A stretch of 64,000 nucleotides of DNA. Source: Alphaproteobacteria bacterium (GTDB lineage Bacteria > Pseudomonadota > Alphaproteobacteria > JBFXJJ01). Below are positions 1-9,233 of the stretch, piece after piece. The DNA lies in assembly GCA_050175015.1 (NCBI GenBank), contig JBFXJJ010000002.1, positions 1 to 64,000 on the forward strand. Direction: 5' to 3'. The notes under the pieces were generated by a model that saw only the letters and a program-made list of their open reading frames with translations, ran no database searches and was not told the origin of the DNA. The translations under genes and the position numbers were made by a program. Each line of letters opens with the position of its first letter. Positions within the stretch are counted from its first letter, which is position 1.

Positions 1-78
1 ATAAAAAATACTAATTGGAGATAAGGAGGTGATAAATAGAAATTTAAAAAAACTTTGCAAGAACAAACCCTGATAAAA

Positions 79-128
79 AAACGAGGAAGCTTCTAATTAC
101 TAAAGCGGTTTCCTCGTTTGTTTTTTTA
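79..128 (+). terminator. Probable intrinsic terminator of a gene upstream of the window
   Basis: AAACGAGGAA (79-88) / TTCCTCGTTT (110-119) inverted repeat followed by a T run. Confidence 0.55.
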
Positions 129-187
129 TGCAAAAACAAGACATAACAACAATCTTTTAAGCAATATACCTAGCAAATTTTTTATAT

Positions 188-220
188 AAAAAAGGCTCTC
201 TAAAATAAGAGAGCCTTTCT
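188..220 (-). terminator. Intrinsic terminator for the gatCAB-small ORF unit
   Basis: AAGGCTCTC-N8-GAGAGCCTT hairpin with an A run on the left (U tract on minus strand). Confidence 0.7.
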
Positions 221-241
221 TGTGACTTTTTTAAAAGCTAT

Positions 242-400
242 TTATTCCCTGACGTTATCTTTGAGACTTTTCAGGTCTTCGGTTGTCGGTTTATTTTTAT
301 CGGTAGCTTTTTCAATAGATCTTTCATCAGCTTGTGGTCTGCCTCCAGTTTCAACTGTAACAGCTTGACCTTTGCTAAAATCTTTAACTTTGCTAATCAT
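242..400 (-). CDS. Small hypothetical protein, 52 aa (not in ORF track)
   Basis: Manual translation MISKVKDFSKGQAVTVETGGRPQADERSIEKATDKNKPTTEDLKSLKDNVRE*; ATG overlaps the upstream TGA (ATGA at 397-400); followed by a terminator. Confidence 0.6.
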   Translation of the reverse strand: MISKVKDFSKGQAVTVETGGRPQADERSIEKATDKNKPTTEDLKSLKDNVRE

Positions 401-693
401 GATGGTAACTTCCTAACCTTTGTTACAAGAGCTTCATACTCTCGCTCCAGTTCATTATCCATTATTTCAGCAAAAAGTACAACTTCTAATGTCCTTAACT
501 GTTTTTGGGTGGCTGTCGGCAGGTGATCCAACAAAATCATACGCTTTTTATCACGTCTCAAAACTGCCTTATTAGAGCCATCATAGAAAAGTCTGGGATA
601 ATCAGGAACTCCTGTCCTTGCCCTAATGCAGAATAACAATTCATCATCTACATTACGAACAACATCATAAAGACCTTCAAGTTCTGGTGTCAT
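397..693 (-). CDS. Hypothetical protein, 98 aa, paralogue of 49644-50078
   Basis: ORF downstream of gatB with GAGG upstream; ungapped similarity to 49644-50078 (YDGxxxAxLxRxKxxxxLLD). Confidence 0.8.
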   Translation of the reverse strand: MTPELEGLYDVVRNVDDELLFCIRARTGVPDYPRLFYDGSNKAVLRRDKKRMILLDHLPTATQKQLRTLEVVLFAEIMDNELEREYEALVTKVRKLPS

Positions 694-747
694 ACTTCTA
701 TTGCCTCATAAATTCCATATATTAAACCTTTTTTTAGCTTTTTTCAA

Positions 748-2205
748 TTAGACATCTAACTTTTTCTTAAGAAGATCGTTAAGCATAGCTGGATTAGCCT
801 TGCCTTTCATCTCTTTCATAACCTGTCCAACGAACCAGCCTAAAAGTTTATCCTTACCACTGCGGTATTCAGCCACCTTATCAGGACTATTTTGCATAAT
901 TTGCTCAATAGCGATATTGATTGAGCCAACATCAGTAACCTGTTTTAAGCCTTTTTCTTCTACAATAGTGCTTGGATCTTTACCTGTTTCAACCATAATC
1001 TCAAAAACTTCTTTAGCAATTCTGCCTGAAATAGTTTCATCTGAAATTAAATCAATCAACTTGCCAAGATTATCGGCACTAACTGGACATTCGGTGATAT
1101 TTTTACCCATACGGTTAAGCACCGCAAAAAGTTCACCCATGATCCAGTTCGCCGCTTTTTTAGCATCTCTGCCTTTAGCAACTTTTTCAAAGTAATCTGC
1201 AATTTCTTTTTCAACTACCAGAATACAAGCATCATAAGAGCTTAAGGCATATTCACTCATAAACCTATTTTTCTTTTGGTCTGGAAGCTCTGGAAGCTTG
1301 CCCTTAATTTCGGCAACAAAGCCCTCTTCCAATTCCAACGGCAACAAATCTGGGTCAGGGAAATATCTATAATCGTGGGCATTTTCTTTATTACGTAATG
1401 GGCTGGTTGTCCCATCAGTTGGGTCAAAACGTCTTGTTTCCTGATCTATAGTTTTGCCGCTTTCATACATCTCAACATGGCGCTTGGCTTCGTATTCAAC
1501 CGCCTGCATAGCAAAACGAACCGAGTTAATATTTTTCATCTCGCATCTTGGACGGAATTCTTTTTCTCCAGTTTTGCGAACGGAAACGTTGACATCGCAG
1601 CGCATAGAGCCTTCTTCCATATTGCCATCACAAGTTCCCAAGTAACGAACAATCGAACGAAGTTTTCTTAAAAAGGCACCAACTTCTTCAGGTGAGCGCA
1701 AATCTGGTTTAGTTACGATTTCCATCAAAGCAATACCAGAACGGTTCAAATCTATCATAGATTTGCGTGGGTGCTGGTCGTGCATAGACTTTCCAGCATC
1801 TTGTTCAAGATGAAGACGTTCAATTCCAATCTGGCGGATTTTATCATCGGGCATATCTAACACAACCACACCCTCGCCAACGATAGGAAGCTCATACTGA
1901 CTGATTTGATAACCTTGAGGCAAATCGGCATAAAAATAATTCTTTCTCGCAAAAACAGACTTGCGGTTTATTTTAGCATTAAGCCCAAGACCTGTTCTAA
2001 CCGCCTGCTCAATACAATATTCATTAATCACAGGAAGCATTCCAGGAAAGCCTGCGTCAATGAAAGAAACGTGAGTATTGGCATCGCTGCCGAAATCTGT
2101 AGATGCTCCTGAAAAGAGCTTTGATTTTGAAATAACTTGGCAGTGGACTTCTAAACCAACAATAACTTCCCAATCACCGCTTTCGCCTTTTATTACATAA
2201 TCCAT
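748..2205 (-). CDS. gatB: Asp-tRNA(Asn)/Glu-tRNA(Gln) amidotransferase subunit B
   Basis: [41 protein letters not shown] motifs. Confidence 0.98.
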   Translation of the reverse strand: MDYVIKGESGDWEVIVGLEVHCQVISKSKLFSGASTDFGSDANTHVSFIDAGFPGMLPVINEYCIEQAVRTGLGLNAKINRKSVFARKNYFYADLPQGYQISQYELPIVGEGVVVLDMPDDKIRQIGIERLHLEQDAGKSMHDQHPRKSMIDLNRSGIALMEIVTKPDLRSPEEVGAFLRKLRSIVRYLGTCDGNMEEGSMRCDVNVSVRKTGEKEFRPRCEMKNINSVRFAMQAVEYEAKRHVEMYESGKTIDQETRRFDPTDGTTSPLRNKENAHDYRYFPDPDLLPLELEEGFVAEIKGKLPELPDQKKNRFMSEYALSSYDACILVVEKEIADYFEKVAKGRDAKKAANWIMGELFAVLNRMGKNITECPVSADNLGKLIDLISDETISGRIAKEVFEIMVETGKDPSTIVEEKGLKQVTDVGSINIAIEQIMQNSPDKVAEYRSGKDKLLGWFVGQVMKEMKGKANPAMLNDLLKKKLDV

Positions 2206-2211
2206 AATTAA

Positions 2212-3693
2212 TTACTCCGAAACCCTTGGGGTTTTATCAAATGATGCTAAATTCTCAATTACATGAGCTGTCTTAAATACCGTTTCTTCATCAAAAGGAC
2301 GGCCAATAAGCTGCAACCCTAACGGAAGCCCTGTCTTTGAAAGTCCAATCGGCAGAGACATTGCGGGAAGCCCTGCTAAAGAAGCCGGAACTGTAAACAC
2401 GTCATTAAGCCACATTGTAAGAGGATCCTTCATACTTTCATCACCAATCGCAAAAGCTGGAGAAGGAGCAGTTGGAGTTAAAAGCAAGTCAACTTTTTCA
2501 AATGCACTAGCAAAATCGTTGGATATAAGCTTTCTAACTTTTTGAGCTCTTAAATAATAGGCATCATAATAACCCGCAGAAAGAACATAAGTTCCCATCA
2601 TAATACGTCTTTTAACTTCGGTGCCAAAGCCTTCGGCTCTTGTGTTCATATAGAGTTCATCTAAGGTCTCACCTTTGCCTCGATATCCAAATCTAACGCC
2701 GTCATAGCGAGCCAAGTTAGAAGAACATTCAGCCGGTGCAATAACATAATAAACCGCAAGGGCATACTTAGTATAAGGAAGAGAAACCTCAACAACCTCA
2801 GCGCCAGCATCTTTTACAAAAGCTATGCCTTTATCCCAAAGATTAGAAATTTCTGAGTTTAGCCCTTCGGGACGATATTCCTTAGGAATACCTATTTTTA
2901 ATCCTTTAATACTGCCACCTAGTACCTTTTCAAAATCTGGAACTTCCTGAGGAGCGGAAGTCGAATCCCTTTCATCAAAACCAGCCATAGCTTTAAGCAT
3001 AAGAGCGGTATCAGCAACACTTCTTGCCATAGGTCCCGCTTGATCCAAAGATGAGGCGTAAGCAATAATTCCGAAACGAGAACATCTGCCGTAAGTTGGT
3101 TTTATGCCTGTAATTCCGCAGAAAGATGATGGCTGTCTGATAGAACCACCTGTATCCGTACCAGTTGCCGCCATACAAAGACCTGCCGAAACCGCACTGG
3201 CAGAACCGCCAGAAGAACCACCAGCGACTAATGCTGGCTCACTTCCTTTAGGTGTCCAAGGATTTTTAGCAGCACCGTAATAACTGGTTTCATTAGTAGA
3301 ACCCATCGCAAATTCATCAAGATTGGTTTTTCCAACCATAACAGAACCAGCATCTTTTAATTTTTTAGTGATTGTTGATTCATATGGCGGCTTAAAACCG
3401 TCTAAAATATGAGAAGCGGCAGTTGTCAAAACACCTTCAGTACAGAATAAGTCTTTAATACCTACAGGTATGCCTTCTAAAATTCCTGCATTACCTGCTT
3501 GAATTTTTTTATCACTCTCTTTGGCTCTCTCTAGAGCAATTTCCGGAGTCTCGGTAATAAAAGCATTCAAATCACGGCGGTTTTCCATTTCATCTAAGTG
3601 GGCCTTAACAAGCTCAACCGATGATATTTCTTTATTAAGCAATGATTTTTTAGCAGAAGCTATATCTAACTTTATTAAATCTTTATTTGACAT
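2212..3693 (-). CDS. gatA: Amidotransferase subunit A
   Basis: Amidase signature [28 protein letters not shown]; between gatC and gatB. Confidence 0.98.
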   Translation of the reverse strand: MSNKDLIKLDIASAKKSLLNKEISSVELVKAHLDEMENRRDLNAFITETPEIALERAKESDKKIQAGNAGILEGIPVGIKDLFCTEGVLTTAASHILDGFKPPYESTITKKLKDAGSVMVGKTNLDEFAMGSTNETSYYGAAKNPWTPKGSEPALVAGGSSGGSASAVSAGLCMAATGTDTGGSIRQPSSFCGITGIKPTYGRCSRFGIIAYASSLDQAGPMARSVADTALMLKAMAGFDERDSTSAPQEVPDFEKVLGGSIKGLKIGIPKEYRPEGLNSEISNLWDKGIAFVKDAGAEVVEVSLPYTKYALAVYYVIAPAECSSNLARYDGVRFGYRGKGETLDELYMNTRAEGFGTEVKRRIMMGTYVLSAGYYDAYYLRAQKVRKLISNDFASAFEKVDLLLTPTAPSPAFAIGDESMKDPLTMWLNDVFTVPASLAGLPAMSLPIGLSKTGLPLGLQLIGRPFDEETVFKTAHVIENLASFDKTPRVSE

Positions 3694-3699
3694 TTAAAC

Positions 3700-3987
3700 C
3701 TACTCCACAACTTTTGGGACAAGAAAACAGCCGTCATCGGCGTCAGGTGCATTTAAAATAACCTTATCTACAGCGTCGCCTTCTTTAACTTCATCTTTGC
3801 GCCTTCTTAAACTCATTTTAGCAACAGAAACCATTGGCTCTACGCCCTCAATATCAATCTCTGCCAATTGCTCTACCCAGCCTATAATTCCAGATAGTTC
3901 CTTAGAAATTTTTTCTAAGTCTTCGTCTTTAACAGCAAGCCTTGAAAGGAAGGCTATATCTTTTACGGTTTTATTATCTATCGACAT
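3700..3987 (-). CDS. gatC: Amidotransferase subunit C
   Basis: 95 aa ending NAP...FLVPKVVE; first gene of gatCAB. Confidence 0.96.
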   Translation of the reverse strand: MSIDNKTVKDIAFLSRLAVKDEDLEKISKELSGIIGWVEQLAEIDIEGVEPMVSVAKMSLRRRKDEVKEGDAVDKVILNAPDADDGCFLVPKVVE

Positions 3988-4049
3988 AGTTTATACCTGT
4001 ATTTAATGTTAAAATTATGATTGTTGTCAAAATATCATTGGAAGAAAAA

Positions 4050-4556
4050 ATGAGCAACCCCGATACGTATTTATTTAACGCCTCTCAAGGTCAATTCCTT
4101 GATTTTACTAAGAAACTTGTTGATAAAAAAACTATTCTAGGCATTGATCCTGGTGAAAAAAGAATGGGACTCGCAATATCTGACACCTTACTAATGATTG
4201 CAACGCCTCTATTGATTTTAGAACGGAAATCTTTTGATAAAGATATAGCAAAAATTGAAACCATTATCAATGAAAGAGATGTAGGAGCTATTGTTTGCGG
4301 CTATCCATTGCAAATGAACGGTTTAGAGGGTGAAAGCGCTCAAAAAGCGGTTAATCTTGCCTCAAAAATTATTACCAAAACAAAGCTTCCAACCCTAATG
4401 TGGGACGAACGCCTATCAACCTCGGCTATGCAGCGTTTTTTAATTGAAGAAGCCGATTTAAGCCGAAAAAAACGTTCTAAAGTGATTGATAGTTCCGCCG
4501 CAGCATTTATTTTGCAAGGCGTTCTTGATGCCATTAAGCATCAAAAAAACTCTTAA
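4050..4556 (+). CDS. yqgF: YqgF/RuvX pre-16S rRNA nuclease
   Basis: LGIDPGEKRMGLAISD, WDERLST, IDSSAAAFILQ; divergent from gatC; start set at ATG 4050 (ORF extends to 4017). Confidence 0.93.
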   Translation: MSNPDTYLFNASQGQFLDFTKKLVDKKTILGIDPGEKRMGLAISDTLLMIATPLLILERKSFDKDIAKIETIINERDVGAIVCGYPLQMNGLEGESAQKAVNLASKIITKTKLPTLMWDERLSTSAMQRFLIEEADLSRKKRSKVIDSSAAAFILQGVLDAIKHQKNS

Positions 4557-4578
4557 AAAATATTCTAAGAGTTTTTTT
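4543..4578. terminator. Bidirectional terminator between yqgF and malQ
   Basis: AAAAAAACTCTTA / TAAGAGTTTTTTT inverted repeat between convergent genes. Confidence 0.6.
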
Positions 4579-4647
4579 GGTTTTATAGCTGAAGCAATTT
4601 AAAATGATTATATAAAAAAGCTAGAATCAGATTATTTTTGCTTAATT

Positions 4648-6852
4648 TTATTTTTTGCCTTTTCTTTCTTCACAAAGCTTTTTAGCAAAATCTCTTAAAT
4701 GGCTGTCTTCAAAAAGACTTTGGACACTGCGTCTCATCTTATGACGCCAATTTGGATATTCCAAATAAGTTCCAGGCAAATTCATCTGTTCTTTCTGTCC
4801 AAGCCAATCTTCAAGCTGGACTAAGAACATTAAGCAATTACTGCGAGCTAAGTAATAGTGAATAGCCTCCATAACATCTTTAGTTATTTCTCTTGATATA
4901 AGCTTCTCTTTATCTTCCTTGTTTGATAACAGTTTTTCCCTAATTAAAGCATCAAGAATTAACTGAAGTTCTTCTTCTCTATCTTTATAGGTATCTTCCT
5001 TATGTTGAGGTGTTGGATAGAAGTTATATTTATCATAAAGTTCAATATCTTCTCTCGACCATAAAGCTGGAAGTGTTGCCATATCGTGAGTACCGATACC
5101 GGCAACCGCCATTTCTTCATATTCATAAGGGCTTTTAAATTTGCCATCATAATCTCTCATGCCTCTAAACATACGAAGAGAAAGGATTGAGAAACTGTGC
5201 ATCTTATCTTTAAAGCCGTGAGGTACTGTCCCCAAATCTTCACCGACAACGAGACATTTATGACGATTACTCTCTAAAGCAATAATTGCAGCAATATCAT
5301 CAAATGGATATTGAACATAACTTCCAGATAAACCTTTAGGAATCCAATAAAGTCTAAGAAGTCCCATAACGTGATCGATTCTAACGGCTCCAGCTTGCTG
5401 CATATTCGCTTGTATAATCTTGATAAACGGCTCATAAGCTTCGTTTTTCAGTTCTATTGGAGACATTGGTGCAAGCCCCCAAACCTGACCATTAGGGTTA
5501 AACCTATCAGGGGGAGCGCCAATCACAATGTCTTTAGGAAACAGTTCTTGGTGACTCCATGTTTCGGCACTCTGCTCCGCAACACCTACAGCTAAATCTT
5601 GGTACAAACCAACTTTCAAGTGTCTTCTTAAGCATTCCAAACCTGCAAAGGTAAGCTGACGATCGGCTTCCCATTGTAAATATTTAAAGAAATCAACCCT
5701 ATCGGCATATTGCCCAGCAATAATTTTAACTTCCTCACTGTTAGGATTACGATATTCTTCAGGCCACGTATACCAACCACCGCCGACACCTTTAGCCAAA
5801 AAGATTTCATCTAGAACTTGATAAACAGCTAAATCCTGCAAATCTTTGCCGCCTTCTTGGCAGAATTTGCGATAAGATGATGCCAATTCCGAATTACACA
5901 AAACAATATTATGACGTTCTTTAAAGCACTTATGTAAAGCAACAAAAACTGGCATTTTAAGCGAATAAACAACACTATAATTAACCGTATCTGAAGTTCT
6001 TGCCTGCCAAAGTTTTTCTTTATATTCGTTAGAATTTACTATCGCCTGTGCTTCAGGACATTCATAAAAATAAGGAGCTTTTTCAATATCGATATAAATC
6101 GGACTCAAATATTTGCGGCTGCAAGAATAATAAGGACTAGCAGATTTCGGGTTAGTGTGGAACAAAAGATTAAGAGGATTAAGCCCGACAACATCAGCCC
6201 CTAAATCAGCCGAAAGATTAATTATATCTATAAGATCAGAAAAATCTCCCACACCATAATTGCGATTAGATCTAAGAGCATATAACTGTAAAGGGAACCC
6301 CCAAACTTTATTTTCTTTAATTCCTTCAGGCATAAAACATTCTTTAGGAGCAACAATAACTCGTGTATTAGAGCTGCCAAAAGCACCACCTCCGAGTGTA
6401 AACTCAATATCGTGATAACCTTGAGGTATGTCTAACGTTAAGGAAACGCTTCTTTTTTCAAAAGAAAAACCGTCTATTTCCTTATCTTCTAATTTTTTCA
6501 TATCGCTAAAAGCGACATTGCCGCAAACTTCTTTGCCGTCTTCATATCTAAATTTATACGCAAGATTTTGTTTTCCTGCCATTTTTGGCAGAACAACATC
6601 AAGCTCCAGTTTACTTAACTTTTCATCTTCAATTCTTTTAACCAAAACAGGAGATGAAATCTTAAACCAGTCTTTTTCTTCTATTTTCTTTAATGATGCT
6701 TTAACTTCACTGTCACTATCAGCTGCAAAACCCATTGCCTTTAAAATTGCTTTAATGGTAGCTTCCGATGTTTCAAAAACTTCTCCCGTTTTGCGGTCTT
6801 CAAAAGAAGTTATAATGCCTGCTTTTTCTGCTAAACTATAAAGATTATTCAT
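4648..6852 (-). CDS. malQ: 4-alpha-glucanotransferase (GH77)
   Basis: QLYALRS, RIDHVMG, GEDLG, GTHD, NLPGT..YPNWR motifs. Confidence 0.95.
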   Translation of the reverse strand: MNNLYSLAEKAGIITSFEDRKTGEVFETSEATIKAILKAMGFAADSDSEVKASLKKIEEKDWFKISSPVLVKRIEDEKLSKLELDVVLPKMAGKQNLAYKFRYEDGKEVCGNVAFSDMKKLEDKEIDGFSFEKRSVSLTLDIPQGYHDIEFTLGGGAFGSSNTRVIVAPKECFMPEGIKENKVWGFPLQLYALRSNRNYGVGDFSDLIDIINLSADLGADVVGLNPLNLLFHTNPKSASPYYSCSRKYLSPIYIDIEKAPYFYECPEAQAIVNSNEYKEKLWQARTSDTVNYSVVYSLKMPVFVALHKCFKERHNIVLCNSELASSYRKFCQEGGKDLQDLAVYQVLDEIFLAKGVGGGWYTWPEEYRNPNSEEVKIIAGQYADRVDFFKYLQWEADRQLTFAGLECLRRHLKVGLYQDLAVGVAEQSAETWSHQELFPKDIVIGAPPDRFNPNGQVWGLAPMSPIELKNEAYEPFIKIIQANMQQAGAVRIDHVMGLLRLYWIPKGLSGSYVQYPFDDIAAIIALESNRHKCLVVGEDLGTVPHGFKDKMHSFSILSLRMFRGMRDYDGKFKSPYEYEEMAVAGIGTHDMATLPALWSREDIELYDKYNFYPTPQHKEDTYKDREEELQLILDALIREKLLSNKEDKEKLISREITKDVMEAIHYYLARSNCLMFLVQLEDWLGQKEQMNLPGTYLEYPNWRHKMRRSVQSLFEDSHLRDFAKKLCEERKGKK

Positions 6853-6866
6853 TTTATTTATGATCC

Positions 6867-9215
6867 TTAATTATCAAAATTATCACCAACCACTTCATCA
6901 AGATCCGTAGGCATTGCATATTCTTCATTATCAAGTGATGGAGCAACCGCTCTTTCTAAATCATCTGCTGTTGCAATGAGCGTATCTAAAGGATTAGTGG
7001 TAACAATATATTCTGCAAGCCCTGTTGAGGTTGCGATCGGTTTAAAACTTTTCTGTTCTATCTTTTTATAATTTTTACTGCTGGAAAGATTGCCTTCAAG
7101 CAGAATAAAAGACCATGCCTTCACTGTGATTTTATCACCAAAGACAAACCTGTTTTCATCTTTTATTTTTTCAGGTTTAGCTGTATCAAAAATCATAACC
7201 CAGCTGTCATGCCCTTCGAAAGAAGGCAGTGTCCAAGTAATATCTTCATGATAAGCATTTAATACTGCAAAATATGTTTTATCTCTTAAAAGCTCACCTT
7301 CTTGAGTAAAGTGAACATTTCCAGCTTCACCAGAAATCAAGAAAGAAAGGCTTCTTGGATAATGCTTGGTCCAATCAATATCACGCATTTCCGTGCCATC
7401 GGGTTTAAACCAAGATATATCCTTCAAATCTGTTCCTGAAATATTTTCTCCTTTAAAGAACCTAAGTCTGCGGAATACGGAGTGCTTTCTTCTCAAGTAC
7501 AACAAGAACTTCACAAATTCCATAAACTTACGTTCAGAGCCGCCTATTCCCTGCCAGTTAAGCCAGTTAACAATATTGTCTTGGCAATAAGCATTATTAT
7601 TGCCTCTTTGAGTACGGGCAAATTCATCTCCAGCAAGGAGCATCGGAGTCCCTTGAGACAAGATTAAACTAGCCATCATACTACGCATACGGCGCAATCT
7701 AATCTCTTGGATTCTTTCATCATTTGTTGGACCTTCAGTACCGTTGTTCCAACTCCAGTTGGCATTAGTGCCATCACGATTATCTTCACCATTGGCTTGA
7801 TTATGTTTTTCGTTATAGCTAACCAAATCGTTAAGAGTGAAACCATCGTGAGCGGTTATAAAGTTGACACTCGCCCAAGGACGACGGCCTCTATAACCAA
7901 AGATATCACTTGAACCTGTAATTCTCGTTGCCAGTTCAGCTATTTGCTTTTCTTCACCACGCCAAAAACGTCTAACATTATCACGGAATCTATCATTCCA
8001 TTCCGCCCAACCAGGCAGAAATGCGCCAACCTGATAACCACCAAGTCCTAAATCCCAAGGCTCTGCAATCAACTTAACATCTTGCAGAATAGGATCCTGA
8101 CGAATAGCGTCTAAGAAACCTGAACGCTGCGTAAAGCCCGTTTTTTCTCGAGCCAGCGTTGGAGCTAAATCGAATCTGAAGCCATCGACTCTCATTTCTT
8201 TAGCCCAATAGCGCAAAGAATCCATAACAAGCTGCAAGACTCTTGGATTGCTAACATCAAATGAAGCGCCGCAGCCTGTAGTATCTTCATAATATCTAGG
8301 GTTAACATCACTAAGCTTATAATAGCTGGCATTATCAATGCCTCTAAAGCTTAAAGTAGGCCCCATATGATTGCCTTCGGCAGTATGGTTATAAACCACA
8401 TCAAGCAGAACCTCAATGCCAGCTTCGTGCATAACATAAACCATACTCTTGAATTCATTAATATCATAACCTGATAAATATCTAGACTCAGGAGCAAAGT
8501 AGCAAATGCTGTCATATCCCCAATAGTTATGGAGATTATTTTTAACTAAGTGCTGATCGCCAAAGAAACCGTGGACAGGCAAAAGTTCTATTGAAGTGAT
8601 ACCTAAATCTTTCAAATACTTAACTATTCTAGGCTGAGAAAGCCCTGCAAATGATCCTCTAAGCACTCTAGGCACTTCGGGGTGCAGCATAGTCATACCA
8701 CGAACATGGCACTCATAGATTACAGTCTCATTCCAAGGAACCTTAGGTTTTCTCTCTCTGTCCCAAGTAAAAGCCGTATCAACCACAACACATTTAGGCA
8801 TATAAACCGCACTATCTCTGCGATCAAAAGACAAATCTTTTTTCTCGTGCTGCGGGTTATATCCTAAAAGAGCATCATTCCATTCCATACGCCCCACAAC
8901 TGACTTAGCGTAAGGGTCTAAAAGTAATTTGTTATGATTGAAACGGTGCCCTCTTTCTGGATCATAAGGTCCATAAACCCTAAGACCATAACGCTGACCT
9001 GGACGAATATCTGGCAAATACATATGCCATACTTCATCAGTATATTCAGGAAAAGCAATACGGTTGGTTTCCTTTTGCCCTTTTTCATCAAAAAGACACA
9101 AAACAACTTTTTCCGCATGCGCTGAAAACACTGCAAAATTAGTTCCTTTTCCGTCCCAAGTGGCACCAAGAGGCCAAGGCTTTCCAGGATTAACCCTTAT
9201 ACTCGAGCGAGACAT
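6867..9215 (-). CDS. glgX: Glycogen debranching enzyme (GH13 isoamylase type)
   Basis: PLGATWDG, DVVYNHT, GFRFDLA, IAEPWD, TAHDGF, GNNNAYCQD. Confidence 0.96.
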   Translation of the reverse strand: MSRSSIRVNPGKPWPLGATWDGKGTNFAVFSAHAEKVVLCLFDEKGQKETNRIAFPEYTDEVWHMYLPDIRPGQRYGLRVYGPYDPERGHRFNHNKLLLDPYAKSVVGRMEWNDALLGYNPQHEKKDLSFDRRDSAVYMPKCVVVDTAFTWDRERKPKVPWNETVIYECHVRGMTMLHPEVPRVLRGSFAGLSQPRIVKYLKDLGITSIELLPVHGFFGDQHLVKNNLHNYWGYDSICYFAPESRYLSGYDINEFKSMVYVMHEAGIEVLLDVVYNHTAEGNHMGPTLSFRGIDNASYYKLSDVNPRYYEDTTGCGASFDVSNPRVLQLVMDSLRYWAKEMRVDGFRFDLAPTLAREKTGFTQRSGFLDAIRQDPILQDVKLIAEPWDLGLGGYQVGAFLPGWAEWNDRFRDNVRRFWRGEEKQIAELATRITGSSDIFGYRGRRPWASVNFITAHDGFTLNDLVSYNEKHNQANGEDNRDGTNANWSWNNGTEGPTNDERIQEIRLRRMRSMMASLILSQGTPMLLAGDEFARTQRGNNNAYCQDNIVNWLNWQGIGGSERKFMEFVKFLLYLRRKHSVFRRLRFFKGENISGTDLKDISWFKPDGTEMRDIDWTKHYPRSLSFLISGEAGNVHFTQEGELLRDKTYFAVLNAYHEDITWTLPSFEGHDSWVMIFDTAKPEKIKDENRFVFGDKITVKAWSFILLEGNLSSSKNYKKIEQKSFKPIATSTGLAEYIVTTNPLDTLIATADDLERAVAPSLDNEEYAMPTDLDEVVGDNFDN

Positions 9216-9233
9216 TCTTCTACCTTTAGCTTA

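Noticed and set aside
23-33. AAGGAGGTGAT, a perfect Shine-Dalgarno and the complement of the 16S 3' end
   Set aside because: No start codon at a suitable distance, and the flanks do not match 16S rRNA
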